Shown here: piece after piece, positions 1 to 10,484 of the stretch | How positions within the stretch are numbered: position 1 is the stretch's first letter | Layout of the letters: each line of letters opens with the position of its first letter | Source of the DNA: an uncultured Phycisphaerales bacterium | Lineage (GTDB): Bacteria; Planctomycetota; Phycisphaerae; Tepidisphaerales; Tepidisphaeraceae | Length of the DNA: 64,000 nt | Assembly (NCBI GenBank): GCA_963755915.1 | Contig: CAVWLP010000003.1 | Location: 864,001-928,000, forward strand | Reading direction: 5' to 3' | Notes under the pieces: model-generated | The model's database searches: none | Told to the model about the DNA's origin: nothing | The model's input: the letters and a program-made list of their open reading frames with translations, nothing else | Position numbers and translations under genes: made by a program

Positions 1-192
1 CTGTTCCCAGATATCTTCGGGCATGAGGGCGAACGCCCCGACGCAGGTGCCGATGAGCAGGAGGATCGATCCGAGGATGATCTGCCAGATGGCGGCGGCG
101 CGCCCGGCGGCGTTTGGGCGGGGCATCGACCAGGCGCGGGGATCGAACGCCGGAGGGGAATAAGGTGGAGGTGGAAATGGGTATTGGGTCAA
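1..192 (-). CDS. Partial membrane protein (N-terminus; runs off the window)
   Basis: Manual translation from TTG at 192: MTQYPFPPPPYSPPAFDPRAW...AIWQIILGSILLLIGTCVGAFAL. Pro-rich N-terminus plus a hydrophobic helix, directly downstream of rsmE. Confidence 0.55.
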   Translation of the reverse strand, partial: MTQYPFPPPPYSPPAFDPRAWSMPRPNAAGRAAAIWQIILGSILLLIGTCVGAFALMPEDIWEQ

Positions 193-209
193 GAAAAGTT
201 CCTGAGTAT

Positions 210-950
210 TTAATCCAGAATCGTCGCGGGGAAGGGGACCAGCGTCAAGGCGGATTGAATGATGGCGGCGGCCGCCACGGCGGCCGTTTCCACGCGCAGG
301 ATTGTCGAAGTAAGACGTAGCGGAGCGATGCCCGCTTCACGAAACATGGAGATTTCGGCGGGGGACCAGCCCCCTTCGGGGCCGATGAGGAGCATCAGCG
401 CGGGCGGCAATCGCTGAACGAGCCGCAAAATCGGATCGGCGTCGTCGGAGGGAGCCAGATACCAGGCGGGAACCTGGGCGGCGGCGACGTGCTGGATGAG
501 TTTTGGCAAGTCGCAAAGCGGGTCGATCTGCATGACGCCGGTGCGGGCGGATTGTTCGGCGGCCTCTTCGGCGAGGCGCTGCCAGCGATCGGATTTTGAA
601 TTGCCGCGCGGGAGAACGACGCTGCGCTCGGTGGCGAGGGGAATGAAGATATCGACGCCGAGCTCGCTGAGTTTTTCGATCATCCAGTCGGCACGCGAGC
701 CTTTGGGGATCGCCGAGGCAATGGTCAATGAGAGGCGTTGCGGAGGCGCGGGGGAGACCCGGTCGATTTCGAGCGTGACGGATGCGGGAGAGGTTGAAGC
801 AATCGTGCCTGAGCCGCGGGCGCCGGTGCGGTCGAAAACTTCGATCTTTTCACCGGCGGCCAGGCGCAAGACATCGCGCAGGTGGTGGGCCTGGGGGCCG
901 GCGAGTTCGATCCGCCCCACCGCTGCGTTTGCCACCAGGATTCGGCGCAT
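210..950 (-). CDS. rsmE: 16S rRNA (uracil1498-N3)-methyltransferase RsmE
   Basis: HHLRDVLRL, EKLSELGV, IGPEGGWS and ILRVETAA motifs; likely start ATG at 950 (MRRILV). Confidence 0.93.
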   Translation of the reverse strand: MRRILVANAAVGRIELAGPQAHHLRDVLRLAAGEKIEVFDRTGARGSGTIASTSPASVTLEIDRVSPAPPQRLSLTIASAIPKGSRADWMIEKLSELGVDIFIPLATERSVVLPRGNSKSDRWQRLAEEAAEQSARTGVMQIDPLCDLPKLIQHVAAAQVPAWYLAPSDDADPILRLVQRLPPALMLLIGPEGGWSPAEISMFREAGIAPLRLTSTILRVETAAVAAAAIIQSALTLVPFPATILD

Positions 951-1110
951 GCGTGGATTATGGGACGGCGTGCTTGTCCCGGCAACGCCGTTGCGTTGCG
1001 ATTTCACGCAGGTTATGCTGACGCTTGACCTGTCCGAAGTATGCGCAGGGAAGCGCAAATAAAAGCCAGCAATACAAGCTAGCGGGCTTTTGCTTCGAGG
1101 AAGGATTCCT

Positions 1111-1650
1111 ATGTCGCAGGCACCTGCCAGTACGGATGAACTTCTCTCCCAGTTAGCGTCATCGGAAATAGATCGCCTGCTCGCGGAGGCCGAGAGCGGG
1201 GCTGCCGCTAAAGAGGCACCGCCGCCTGTGGCGGAAGCGCCGATCGAAGCACCCGCGCCGGTGGCTGAGCCCCCTGCTGCTGCGCCTCCAGTGGCGGCGG
1301 CGGAAGGATCTGAACGAAGTGCGCTTCTGGAGGCTGCTGGGTTTGAGGCGAATAAGCCCCAAGCCGCTCCCCCACCGCCAGAAGCGCAAAGCGAGCGGTC
1401 GGCGATTCTGGAAGCCGCGGGTTTTGAATCGGTCGAGGAGAGCGTGGCGGCGAGCCCAGCCGCCGCGGAGGTTACGGACGGTGAGGATTCGGATCATGTG
1501 CCGTTCTATCTCAAGCCGCTGGTTTGGATCAATTCGCCGCTGGAATCGTATCCGTCGGTGTTGCGAAAGATGCTGGGAAGCGCGGGGATCGTGACGCTGC
1601 TGAACGCCTTGGCGGTGCTCACGTATGTGTTCTTTTTCCGGAAGCACTGA
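1111..1650 (+). CDS. Hypothetical Ala/Pro/Glu-rich protein with a C-terminal transmembrane helix
   Basis: AAGGA RBS before ATG 1111; duplicated SERSA(L/I)LEAAGFE motif; hydrophobic C-terminus followed by RKH. Confidence 0.7.
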   Translation: MSQAPASTDELLSQLASSEIDRLLAEAESGAAAKEAPPPVAEAPIEAPAPVAEPPAAAPPVAAAEGSERSALLEAAGFEANKPQAAPPPPEAQSERSAILEAAGFESVEESVAASPAAAEVTDGEDSDHVPFYLKPLVWINSPLESYPSVLRKMLGSAGIVTLLNALAVLTYVFFFRKH

Positions 1651-1865
1651 AACCGACCGCGCCCGTGAGAAATTCGACCGGGAGCATTTCTCCGGATCGT
1701 TTTTTTTGCCGGAGACGTTCAGCATCACGTTCAATACGTCCCTGGTGTCGGCGGAGCAGATGGTCGATGCCGTCGTGGCGGCGCTGGGCGTGAAGCAGCC
1801 GGTCAGCGCGTAAGCGGTACGCGCACATACGCTGAATTCTGATCCGGGCGCCGCTGATTTGCTGG

Positions 1866-3425
1866 TCATTTTGAACCAGGCGGTAAACTGATGGTCCCTT
1901 TCGCTTGAAAGACCGCCCCATCGGAATAGGTCTTCTCCAAGGCAGGCAGGCGCGTCTCCAATTCGCTTCTGGTAGGCAAGTATTCGCGAAACGCCCGTGC
2001 GTCGAAGAAGACAATGACGGCGCCGCCGCTCTCTACGCGACGGCACAGCTCGTTAAGTGACGCGGCATACCCAGGCAGGGGGAGCCAGCTAATCGAGCTG
2101 ATTTTGTAGGGCAGATCGCGCGTCCTTCTACCCGTCAGAAACCATACGCCATCTTGCGCGTTCGTATAAACGTCCACCTTTTGCGGCAGGGAAGAAAGCG
2201 CCGCCAACGTTTGAGAGTGTGCGCCGTGTTTGAGAACCCAGCCGAAGTCCAGAACCTGGAACCAACGGTAGGATTTCACAGCGCCGCCAATGATTGTGAA
2301 GCTCAGAAGAGCGCAAGCTATGACCTTCCGATATCGAAAAAGCCCTGGGTGACGCAGAAGAGCGGTTGTGGAGATCGTCAGTATCCCCACCATAAACACC
2401 GCCAACGGTGCAATGATCCGGTCCTCAAGCGAAATCGCCGCATCGAACAAGCTCATTGAAATCAAGACCATCAGCAGATAGTTCAATGTTGTCAGCAAAA
2501 GGACGGTGACGACCGGACAGCGCTGTACAAAGCCGATTGGTGAGGAGCCTTGCTTGCGATAGAGAAGACTACATCCTGCCACGACGACGGCTGCGAGAAG
2601 AATCAAGCCCCCGCCGGCAAGGTCGGCCGGCAGCGGCAAGACTCGTTCCGCGACACGGGCCGCTAAAACCCATTGGTCCCGGGGAATGGGGTGCCATGCG
2701 AAAGTCCGGTCGGTCGCGGCTCCGACAGCCAGATGGTTACGTATAGACCAGATTCCGGGACCCGCCGCCGCGAAAACCACGAAAATAGTGGCGGCGAACG
2801 TGCGCCCGGTCAAAGGTCGGCCGAATCGAAGAAGACAGACCAGCGCCCCCACAGGTATCAGGCAAAGGCCAACATAGCGCGACAAGAATGCCAGTGACGC
2901 CAATGCGCCGGCCAGGGGCAAAATCCATAACTTTCCCCTGGATAAATAATTCACCAGGAAATATACGCACAGCAGGGTATTGAGCAGGAACAGCGGCTCG
3001 CTCCAGACATAGCTGTGGATAAGAGCGATCATTCCGGTGGCGCCGGCCAGGGCGACCGCTGCGGAAGAAGCGGCGAACGATTGTGTTTCCCGATAAACCA
3101 AAAGCATGAGCAGTAGAAGACTGGCAGCGTAGAAAACGGCATTTACGATTTTTGCAAAGGCGAGAGGGTCGATGCCAACTTTTGTTCCCAGTGCCAGGAC
3201 ACAAGGCAGGAGCGGGGGGAAATGAGTCAAAGGCATGTCCCCACCATCAGAGTTCATTGCCAGCGCCCCCTTGCCATTTGCCAGAGTCCGGGCAGCATAG
3301 AGATAGCTGATTGAGTCGGGACTTACGCCGATTTTGCCGCGGGTCAGGAACTCGAGAAATCCGACGGCAGCCGCGATGAGGCATGCCGTCAAAGCTACTC
3401 GGCCGATGCTTGTACATTTTGTCAT
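1866..3425 (-). CDS. Polytopic membrane glycosyltransferase (GT-C, ArnT/PMT-like)
   Basis: SPDSISY, HFPPLLP and WSEPLF motifs; many TM helices; 519 aa. Confidence 0.7.
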   Translation of the reverse strand: MTKCTSIGRVALTACLIAAAVGFLEFLTRGKIGVSPDSISYLYAARTLANGKGALAMNSDGGDMPLTHFPPLLPCVLALGTKVGIDPLAFAKIVNAVFYAASLLLLMLLVYRETQSFAASSAAVALAGATGMIALIHSYVWSEPLFLLNTLLCVYFLVNYLSRGKLWILPLAGALASLAFLSRYVGLCLIPVGALVCLLRFGRPLTGRTFAATIFVVFAAAGPGIWSIRNHLAVGAATDRTFAWHPIPRDQWVLAARVAERVLPLPADLAGGGLILLAAVVVAGCSLLYRKQGSSPIGFVQRCPVVTVLLLTTLNYLLMVLISMSLFDAAISLEDRIIAPLAVFMVGILTISTTALLRHPGLFRYRKVIACALLSFTIIGGAVKSYRWFQVLDFGWVLKHGAHSQTLAALSSLPQKVDVYTNAQDGVWFLTGRRTRDLPYKISSISWLPLPGYAASLNELCRRVESGGAVIVFFDARAFREYLPTRSELETRLPALEKTYSDGAVFQAKGTISLPPGSK

Positions 3426-3472
3426 GCTGCACCCCCTGTGCAGAATTTCTTGGGGAAGCCTCGTCGGACGAT

Positions 3473-4723
3473 TTATTCGGCGGCTCCCGTCCGAGGAGTC
3501 TCGAGTGTTCTCGGATCATTAAACGGCTGGTTCTCGCACTCGCGCGCTGGAGGCGTCCGTGCTGAACCCAGGCGCCGCAACCAGCGGCGAGCGGGCGTTT
3601 CGATCCCAATGAAACACACTATGGAGAGACCGACGCAGGCTGCGATAACCAGGGCCATCGGCCAGCGGTGATGGTAAAAGGGCCCATGAACTGTCTCGAC
3701 GATCTCAAAGATCGCCAGGTGAATGAGGTAAAGAGAGTAGCTGGCTTCGCCAAGAAGCAGCGCCGCTCGATTGGCCAGAATGGGAGTAAAAAATGTGGGG
3801 CCCGCGGCAAGGCACAGAATCATGAGCCCGAATATTGGCGTGAACAGGACATGCCAGGCGAATGCATGCGCGATTGGAACGAACACCGGCAAAACGATCA
3901 CGCCGGCCGAGGCAGCCAGGCTTGCCGCTAAAAGGCTGTTTCGCCTGCCGGGCCGCATGAAGATTGCGGGAGCGCCCAGTAAATAAATCCGCCCCAGGCA
4001 ACAGCCGATGAAGAACTCCCAGATGCGAAAATAGGGCGCGACAAACGCCATGTCGGTAAGTGCATCAAAATCAACCCGCCCGAAACGGAACTTGAGCCAG
4101 GCGATTGCGCCTGTGAAGAGCGTTGCCTCGACCCCATAGCAAATCGCGGCGATGATTAACAAATCCTTCCGCCGCCCGGCGCGCGCCAGCACGAAACTGA
4201 CGAACAGAGGAAATAGCAGGTAGAAAAAAGCCTCCGCCGAAATGCTCCACGCTACCCCGTTCCATTCGGTCCAGAGCCGCGGGACGAACGCCTGAACCAG
4301 CAGGAGCTGTAAAATCCAGGAATAGAGGGTCTGGCCGCTGCGTCCATGCCAGAAAATCATCGCCGTCATAAATAGCAGTGCCGCGACGTGCATCGGATAG
4401 ATGCGTGCAAATCTGGCCATTAAGTAGGTTTTGAAATCCAGGCGGGATATGCCGAATTTGAATTTGTCCCAGTAGTTGTAAGTTAGAATGAATCCGCTGA
4501 GGACAAAGAAAAAGCTCACGCCGGCCACGCCGCGGCGCATGTACGTCCAGGTCCAGTGGGGGGGGGCAAATAAGGGCCAGGCGTGCAAAACCAGGACGGC
4601 CATGGCGGCCACGAACCGCGCCCCGGTCAGTTCCGGAAGAACGGAAGCTCGGCGATTAAAAGCTCGCGGGTCGGAGTACAACGATATTTCTTTCTGCAGC
4701 GGCGGTAATGCAAGCAAAGCCAC
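3473..4723 (-). CDS. Acyltransferase-3 family (OafA/YrhL-like) O-acyltransferase
   Basis: LTGARFVAAMAVLVLH, GVSFFFVLSGFIL, RFARIYP, WSISAEAFFY, GEASYSLYLIH; start uncertain. Confidence 0.88.
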   Translation of the reverse strand: MALLALPPLQKEISLYSDPRAFNRRASVLPELTGARFVAAMAVLVLHAWPLFAPPHWTWTYMRRGVAGVSFFFVLSGFILTYNYWDKFKFGISRLDFKTYLMARFARIYPMHVAALLFMTAMIFWHGRSGQTLYSWILQLLLVQAFVPRLWTEWNGVAWSISAEAFFYLLFPLFVSFVLARAGRRKDLLIIAAICYGVEATLFTGAIAWLKFRFGRVDFDALTDMAFVAPYFRIWEFFIGCCLGRIYLLGAPAIFMRPGRRNSLLAASLAASAGVIVLPVFVPIAHAFAWHVLFTPIFGLMILCLAAGPTFFTPILANRAALLLGEASYSLYLIHLAIFEIVETVHGPFYHHRWPMALVIAACVGLSIVCFIGIETPARRWLRRLGSARTPPARECENQPFNDPRTLETPRTGAAE

Positions 4724-4908
4724 TGAACCCCAAATGAGGGTGGAATGGCAACACGGGCTTTGCGCGAGCCTTCCTGCGATAGAAAATATTCGCTCTGGAC
4801 GCTCTGCTTATTTTCCCCCCTTCGGAGAGTTATCAGCCGAGGCTGTCCGAACTTATTGCGGCGCCTTTGGCAATAGTTCCACCGACTCTAAAGGTGCCGA
4901 ACCGTACT

Positions 4909-6349
4909 CTAATGGCCTTGCGGCTCATACCCGTCGGTAAGGGTCTTAATGAAAGCGACGATGTCGTCCTCCTGTTTGTCGGTCAGGCCAAGGTTGCCGA
5001 CCTGCGCGCTGGAGCTTCCCGGCGCCGGTGGGATTTTGCAGAGTCACCGGCGAGGGATATTCCGGCTCGGGAAAGAGAGGCGTCCCAACCAGATTTGCAT
5101 AGGGATTGGGCTGGGTGAAGTCGATCACCTCGCCGGGCTCGGTGGTGAGATTGCGGGTGTTGTAGAAATGCACCACCGTTTTCAGATCCTTGAAGACGCC
5201 GTTGTGGAAATAGGCTTTGACGAAACTCGGGTAGGGCCGCTTGTCGGCATTGCGGAGGGTGGGGGCTTTGAAGGCGCCGTTGATGGCCAGGAAATCTCCC
5301 TGCCCGTTGTTGCCGGCGCCCATGTTGCCGGAGGGGAGTCCCATGTGTGGGTAGAGATAATCGCCGAGGCCGAGGTCGACATATTTTTCGCCCAGCGGGT
5401 TGTAGCCAATGGGATCGGTGTTTGGATTCGTCTGCTTGTAATAAGGGTTGTTCGGATTGCGGGGAACGCCGACGTTGGCGTAGCAGGTGTTGGTCCAGAG
5501 ATCTGGCCCCTGGCTCGGATCGCTGGGGATGCCGTGACAGAGGACGCACTGGGCCTGCGTGGGATAGGCCGGCCCGCCGGGACGGCCGCTGTAGCTTCCG
5601 GTCACCAAGCGCAGGCCGTCGAGCTCTTCGGGCGTGAGCTGGGCGCGGCCCGCAAGCCAGGCGTCATATTTCGAGGAGAAGGGGGAGACTTCGCTGCTCT
5701 GCTCAAATTGCGCGACCGCTTCGGAGAAATCGGTGAAGACGATCGAGGGCGATTCCTGGTAAATGCCCCAGCCGAAGACCTGGGCGAAAAGTTTGCCCTC
5801 CGGGCTGTTCTGGATCTTGGCGACCAGCAGCGGCAGGCTGAAGACGTTGTGAATCAGGTCGTTCATCTCGTTGGGGTTCTGTTCCGGAAACGTCGCCTGA
5901 TTGGCCAGGTCGGTGGCGCGGCCGTCCCAGAACAGGCCGCCGACGTAGGCGGTCAGATTCGCGTCATACTGAGGAGGCCCCGGCGCGATGAAGGCGCCGT
6001 AGGCGACCGTCGGAACGGCGCGGTTTCCAAAGCGGGTGGGGATCGCCCCGGTGGCCACGCCATAGCGCTGGTTGATATCGGAATTGGGGAAGGTGAATCC
6101 TTCATCGGGCGAGTGGCAGCTTCCGCAGGATTGCCCCACGGGGTTGGACAATGTCGTATCGAAGAAGAGAAGCTTGCCCAGCGCGGCTTTGACGGAATTA
6201 ATGGGCGGCGGGCGGTAGGACATCATCGGCGCCTGATCGGCCCGCGCAGCCCGATTGGGCACCGACCAGAGCGCGACAGCTCCAATAAGCAGGCCCAGCG
6301 AGAACAGAATCGTAGCCTTGGTACGAAGCGACCTCGTGCCGACTTTCAT
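4909..6349 (-). CDS. Di-heme cytochrome c peroxidase/MauG family protein (frameshift near 5020)
   Basis: Signal peptide, LGKLLFFD, CGSCH and CVLCH heme motifs, FWDGRA, FKAPTLRN, YFHNG. The canonical C-terminus (VGNLGLTDKQEDDIVAFIKTLTDGY) is in another frame ending at TAG 4909. Confidence 0.88.
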
Positions 6350-6585
6350 ATTTCTTCCGTCCTGAGATGCATCCAACCTGATCAGCCCAGATTCATGAAC
6401 ACTTCATGAAGTGACATATCATTCTACCACGTCGGCCCGGAGCAGTGCAAGAAATGTTCGTCGCGTTTATAAACAAAATAAATATAGATGTTTAAATGTT
6501 ATACTGGCAGAACGAATGACGGCAATCCTCCACAATTTAATCGTAGCAATATTACGACTTTATTACCGAATTCGCCCACTTATTT

Positions 6586-7944
6586 TCATGAACGGGCGTG
6601 GAGAATGACCTTCACTCCATGTTTGGGCCGCAGGGTAAATGTCGGATCGGGAACCACCGGATGGTGGGGCACAATTTCAAGACGATAGTGCTGAAGGATC
6701 GTCGCGAGGACCAGCGGCCCCTCCATAAGCGTCATCTGCATCCCAATGCAGATTCGCGGCCCACCGCCGAAGGGAAAATAGGCGAAGCGATGTTTGAGCG
6801 GCCCGGACAAAAACCGGTCCGGGTCGAACTTTTCCGGCTCCGTCCAGAAATCCGGATGGCGATGCGTCACCCACTGGCACAAAATGATGATCGTCTTGCG
6901 CGGGATCGGATATCCCGCGATTTCATCGGCCTCGAGATTTTGCCGCAGCTCTCCCCAGCCGGGCGGATAAAGGCGCATCGACTCCTGAAAGATGGCGGTG
7001 AGCAGCGGAAGATGCTCGAGGTCTTCGACCGTGGGATTGGATCCCCGCAACCAACCGTGGATTTCCTCGTACGCCTGCTCCTGAATCTCCGGGTGGAGAG
7101 CGAGCAGATACCAGGTCCAGGTGATGGCGGCCCCGACGTTTTCGTGCCCGCCGGTGAGGAACGTAAGGGCTTCGTCCATGATGCGGCGGTCTGACATCCC
7201 TCGTCCCGTCATCTCGTCGCGCGCGTCGATGAGCATCGTCAGCAGGTCGTTGGGTCTTTCGTTGGTTTTTCGGCGCCCGCTGATCAGCCCCGCCACGAAA
7301 TCATCGAGAAATTTCTTTACCTTCGCGAACTCGCGGTTGGTTTTCGTGGGCACCCACGGCGGAACGATCTGCGTGGAATTGAGGCGCACACTGATGTAGC
7401 GGAACGCCACGCGAAATGCCGCCCCTACGGCGTCGGCGTCGCCGGAAATGTCGGCGCTGAAGAGCGTCGTCCCCGCGATACGGAGGGTGACGCGCATCAT
7501 CGCTTCGAGAATATCGATGGGCTGGGCCGTGCGGGAGCGAAAGTCGCGAACGAAGATGTCGGCGCTTTCGACCATCAGCGGCGCCAGAACGGAAAGAAAC
7601 TGGGAATGAAACGCCGGCTGAACCAGACGCCGCTGGGTCCGCCAGGTTTCGCCGAAACTGGTGAAAAGCCCGTCGCCGACGAGTTGGCCGATGCTCGTGT
7701 AAAAGAGTTTGGGCTTGACGTAGTTGGCGTGATTTTTGTGCAGGATCTGTTCGACGGCGTCGGGATGCGTGAGGAGCAGGCCGAAATAATGCGGGACCAT
7801 GCGCAGGCGAACATAATCGCCGTGCTCGCGGCGGAGCTGACTGTAAAAACCCAGTGGGTCAGACCGCATCCGCGGCAGGCAACCGGCAAATCGGTGGCCG
7901 GCGATCGTGGGGAATTCTCGCGAAGCGGTCGTGGACGCCGTCAT
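6586..7944 (-). CDS. Cytochrome P450
   Basis: ExxR (ESMR), PEKFDPDRF and heme motif FGGGPRICIG. Confidence 0.95.
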   Translation of the reverse strand: MTASTTASREFPTIAGHRFAGCLPRMRSDPLGFYSQLRREHGDYVRLRMVPHYFGLLLTHPDAVEQILHKNHANYVKPKLFYTSIGQLVGDGLFTSFGETWRTQRRLVQPAFHSQFLSVLAPLMVESADIFVRDFRSRTAQPIDILEAMMRVTLRIAGTTLFSADISGDADAVGAAFRVAFRYISVRLNSTQIVPPWVPTKTNREFAKVKKFLDDFVAGLISGRRKTNERPNDLLTMLIDARDEMTGRGMSDRRIMDEALTFLTGGHENVGAAITWTWYLLALHPEIQEQAYEEIHGWLRGSNPTVEDLEHLPLLTAIFQESMRLYPPGWGELRQNLEADEIAGYPIPRKTIIILCQWVTHRHPDFWTEPEKFDPDRFLSGPLKHRFAYFPFGGGPRICIGMQMTLMEGPLVLATILQHYRLEIVPHHPVVPDPTFTLRPKHGVKVILHARS

Positions 7945-8465
7945 TTATTTCTGATGATGGTAGAAGTCATCATGATGCTGTTGGGGACGATGATCCACCG
8001 CCCGTCCTCGGTCTCAAGCTTGGTGTAGCCCAGCGTGAATTCCTTGACGACGCCGGTCTCTTTTCCGGTCGGGGCGTTGAGTGTCAGCACGTCGCCGATG
8101 CCATAGGGGCGATAGAGAAGCAGGGAGATCCCGGCGATGATCTGCCCCAGCGTGTTCTGAGCCGCGAGTCCGATCACCAGGGACGCCACGCCCGCGCTGG
8201 CCAGCATCGCCGTCCCAACCTGGTGCAGGAAGGGCACAAGATGGGCGTAAAAAATCGCCGCCAGCACAAAGCAGAATAGCTGCATGAGCTGGATGACAAA
8301 TCGCAAGGCCGTCTGATCGATCCCCAGGTCGGAGTGGGAGGCGATCCGATTTCCCCAGGCGCGAAGGATTCGCGCCAGGATGACGGCGATAACCAGAAAT
8401 ATGACGCCAAATGCGAGAGCGCCCCAAAGGGTGGCGGGATTAAGAAGATCGTGCAGGACGGACAT
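7941..8465 (-). CDS. Small-conductance mechanosensitive channel (MscS family, short form)
   Basis: AGVASLVIGLAAQNTLGQIIAGI, RPYGIGD and IVPNS motifs; stop overlaps the P450 start. Confidence 0.85.
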   Translation of the reverse strand: MSVLHDLLNPATLWGALAFGVIFLVIAVILARILRAWGNRIASHSDLGIDQTALRFVIQLMQLFCFVLAAIFYAHLVPFLHQVGTAMLASAGVASLVIGLAAQNTLGQIIAGISLLLYRPYGIGDVLTLNAPTGKETGVVKEFTLGYTKLETEDGRWIIVPNSIMMTSTIIRNK

Positions 8466-8616
8466 ATCGGAATCAACCGGCAACTTCTACCTGTAGGAAC
8501 GCGAGTTTGCCAGAGGGGGTTTCTCTGAACCTGCGTTTAGGTTGCCGGAAATTGGAGGCTACACAAAGCCGCGGGGTTGAAGTAATTTGATCGCGGGCCC
8601 GCTCGGCGGCTTTATT

Positions 8617-9612
8617 ATGGCGACTTCCGCACCGATTTCCGCACCCATTTCCGTTGCCCTCTGCACCTTTAACGGCGCGGCATTCCTGACCGAGCAATTG
8701 CGAAGCATCGCCTCGCAGACGATCAAACCCACGGAACTGGTGGTCTTCGACGATGGTTCCACCGATCGAACCATGGAAATTCTCGACCAGTTCGCCAAAA
8801 GCGGGCGCGGATTTGAAGTGCGCATCGCGTCCAACCGGCAGCGCATGGGCCCAACCGCGAATTTCGGCCAGGCGATTGCCGCCTGCCGGGGGCAAATTAT
8901 CGCGCTTTGCGACCAGGACGATCTCTGGATGCCCGACAAGCTGGAAACGATATACTGCGAATTCCAGCGCTGCCCCGATCTGCTGATGGCCTTCAGCGAC
9001 GCGGAAATCTGCGATGAAGCCGGCGAAAAGCTGGGCTATCGCCTGTGGGAAAGCGTTGGGCTGGCCGGACGCTTGCGCCGAAAGCTGGAGAGCGGCCGGG
9101 CGTTTGAGGTGATTCTGCGTCAGAACGTGGTGACCGGCGCGACGATGGCCTTTGCCGCGAAGCTGCGCGAGCTGGTTCTGCCGATCGATCCGCTGTGGGT
9201 GCATGATGGATGGATCGGATTGCTGGCCGCGGCCGCGGGGAGGGTGTCGGCGATTCCCAGGCCGCTCGTGCGCTATCGTCAGCACGCCACGCAGGCGATC
9301 GGAGCCTTGAGGCGCTCGTTTTATCAGCAATACCTCAACGCGAAAAAGATGGATGGCCCCTGGTTCGGACGGCAGGCCGACATGTACCAGGCCGCCGCCA
9401 CGCGATTGGAAAGCCCGCCGGCGGGTTCATTTACGCCTTCCGCGCAAAACAAGAAGCTGTTGAATGAGAAGGTCCGCCATTTCCGGCGCCGATCCGAGTT
9501 TCACGGCCGGGGCCTGTCGCGATTTTTGCCCAGCGTGGGTGAATTCGTTACCTTTCGGTATCGTCGGTATTCCCTGGGGTGGAAAAGTTTCGCCCAGGAC
9601 CTGTTTCTTTAA
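8617..9612 (+). CDS. Glycosyltransferase family 2
   Basis: ISVALCTFNG, DDGSTD, CDQDDLW, TGATM, HDGWI and YRQH motifs. Confidence 0.92.
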   Translation: MATSAPISAPISVALCTFNGAAFLTEQLRSIASQTIKPTELVVFDDGSTDRTMEILDQFAKSGRGFEVRIASNRQRMGPTANFGQAIAACRGQIIALCDQDDLWMPDKLETIYCEFQRCPDLLMAFSDAEICDEAGEKLGYRLWESVGLAGRLRRKLESGRAFEVILRQNVVTGATMAFAAKLRELVLPIDPLWVHDGWIGLLAAAAGRVSAIPRPLVRYRQHATQAIGALRRSFYQQYLNAKKMDGPWFGRQADMYQAAATRLESPPAGSFTPSAQNKKLLNEKVRHFRRRSEFHGRGLSRFLPSVGEFVTFRYRRYSLGWKSFAQDLFL

Positions 9613-9623
9613 TCGCATTTCCG

Positions 9624-10484
9624 ATGAGCGTATCAACCAACGTCGTTATTTACAGTGCCGAAACGCACGACGCCGTCCCCCTCAGCCCGATCAAAATCTG
9701 CGCCCGCATGTGGGCCCAGCGGCAGCTCCTTCGGCAACTGACCAACCGCGCGGTGCAGATGCGCTTCCGTGGCTCGGTGCTCGGGCTCCTGTGGGCCATC
9801 CTCAATCCTATCTTCATGCTTCTGGTCTATACCTTCGTCTTCAGCGTCATTATGAAAATCCGCTGGAACGGCCAGGGCAGCACATTCTTTTTCGCGATGA
9901 ACCTCTATTGCGGATTGATTGTGTACGGGATTTTTGCCGAGAGCGTCGGCTCGGCTTCGATCCAGATTCTCTCGAATCCCAGCTACGTTAAAAAAATCGT
10001 CTTTCCCCTGGAAATTTTGCCCGTGGCCGGGCTGGCGGCATCGGTATTCTTCAACCTTTTCGGCCTGGTGATTCTGCTCTTTTGCGTGCAGTTCTTCGTG
10101 CAGCCGCTCTCGATCCACATCGTCGCCCTGCCGATCATCTGGCTGCCGCTGCTTCTGCTGACCTGCGGACTTTCCTGGGTCGTCGCGGCGCTGGGCGTGC
10201 TGGTGCGCGACGTTGGGCAGCTCATCGTCATCCTTCTTCAGGTGCTTTTTTATCTCTGCCCCATCGTCTATCCGCTGGCGCGCGTTCCCGTGTCGATGCA
10301 GAGGATTTATATGCTTCTGAACCCGATGGCTATCTATGTCGAGCAAACCCGCGCGGTGGTCCTCGACAGGAGCTGGCCGCAGTGGAACTGGATGCCGCAG
10401 AGCTATCTGATCTCGCTGGTGGCGTTCATTTTCGGATACTATGTTTTCATGAGAGCCAAGCGAGGTTTCGCGGATGTCATCTAA
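9624..10484 (+). CDS. wzm: Polysaccharide ABC exporter permease (Wzm)
   Basis: RFRGSVLGLLWAILNP, YVKKIVFP, RDVGQL, PIVYP, LNPM and FADVI motifs. Confidence 0.92.
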   Translation: MSVSTNVVIYSAETHDAVPLSPIKICARMWAQRQLLRQLTNRAVQMRFRGSVLGLLWAILNPIFMLLVYTFVFSVIMKIRWNGQGSTFFFAMNLYCGLIVYGIFAESVGSASIQILSNPSYVKKIVFPLEILPVAGLAASVFFNLFGLVILLFCVQFFVQPLSIHIVALPIIWLPLLLLTCGLSWVVAALGVLVRDVGQLIVILLQVLFYLCPIVYPLARVPVSMQRIYMLLNPMAIYVEQTRAVVLDRSWPQWNWMPQSYLISLVAFIFGYYVFMRAKRGFADVI

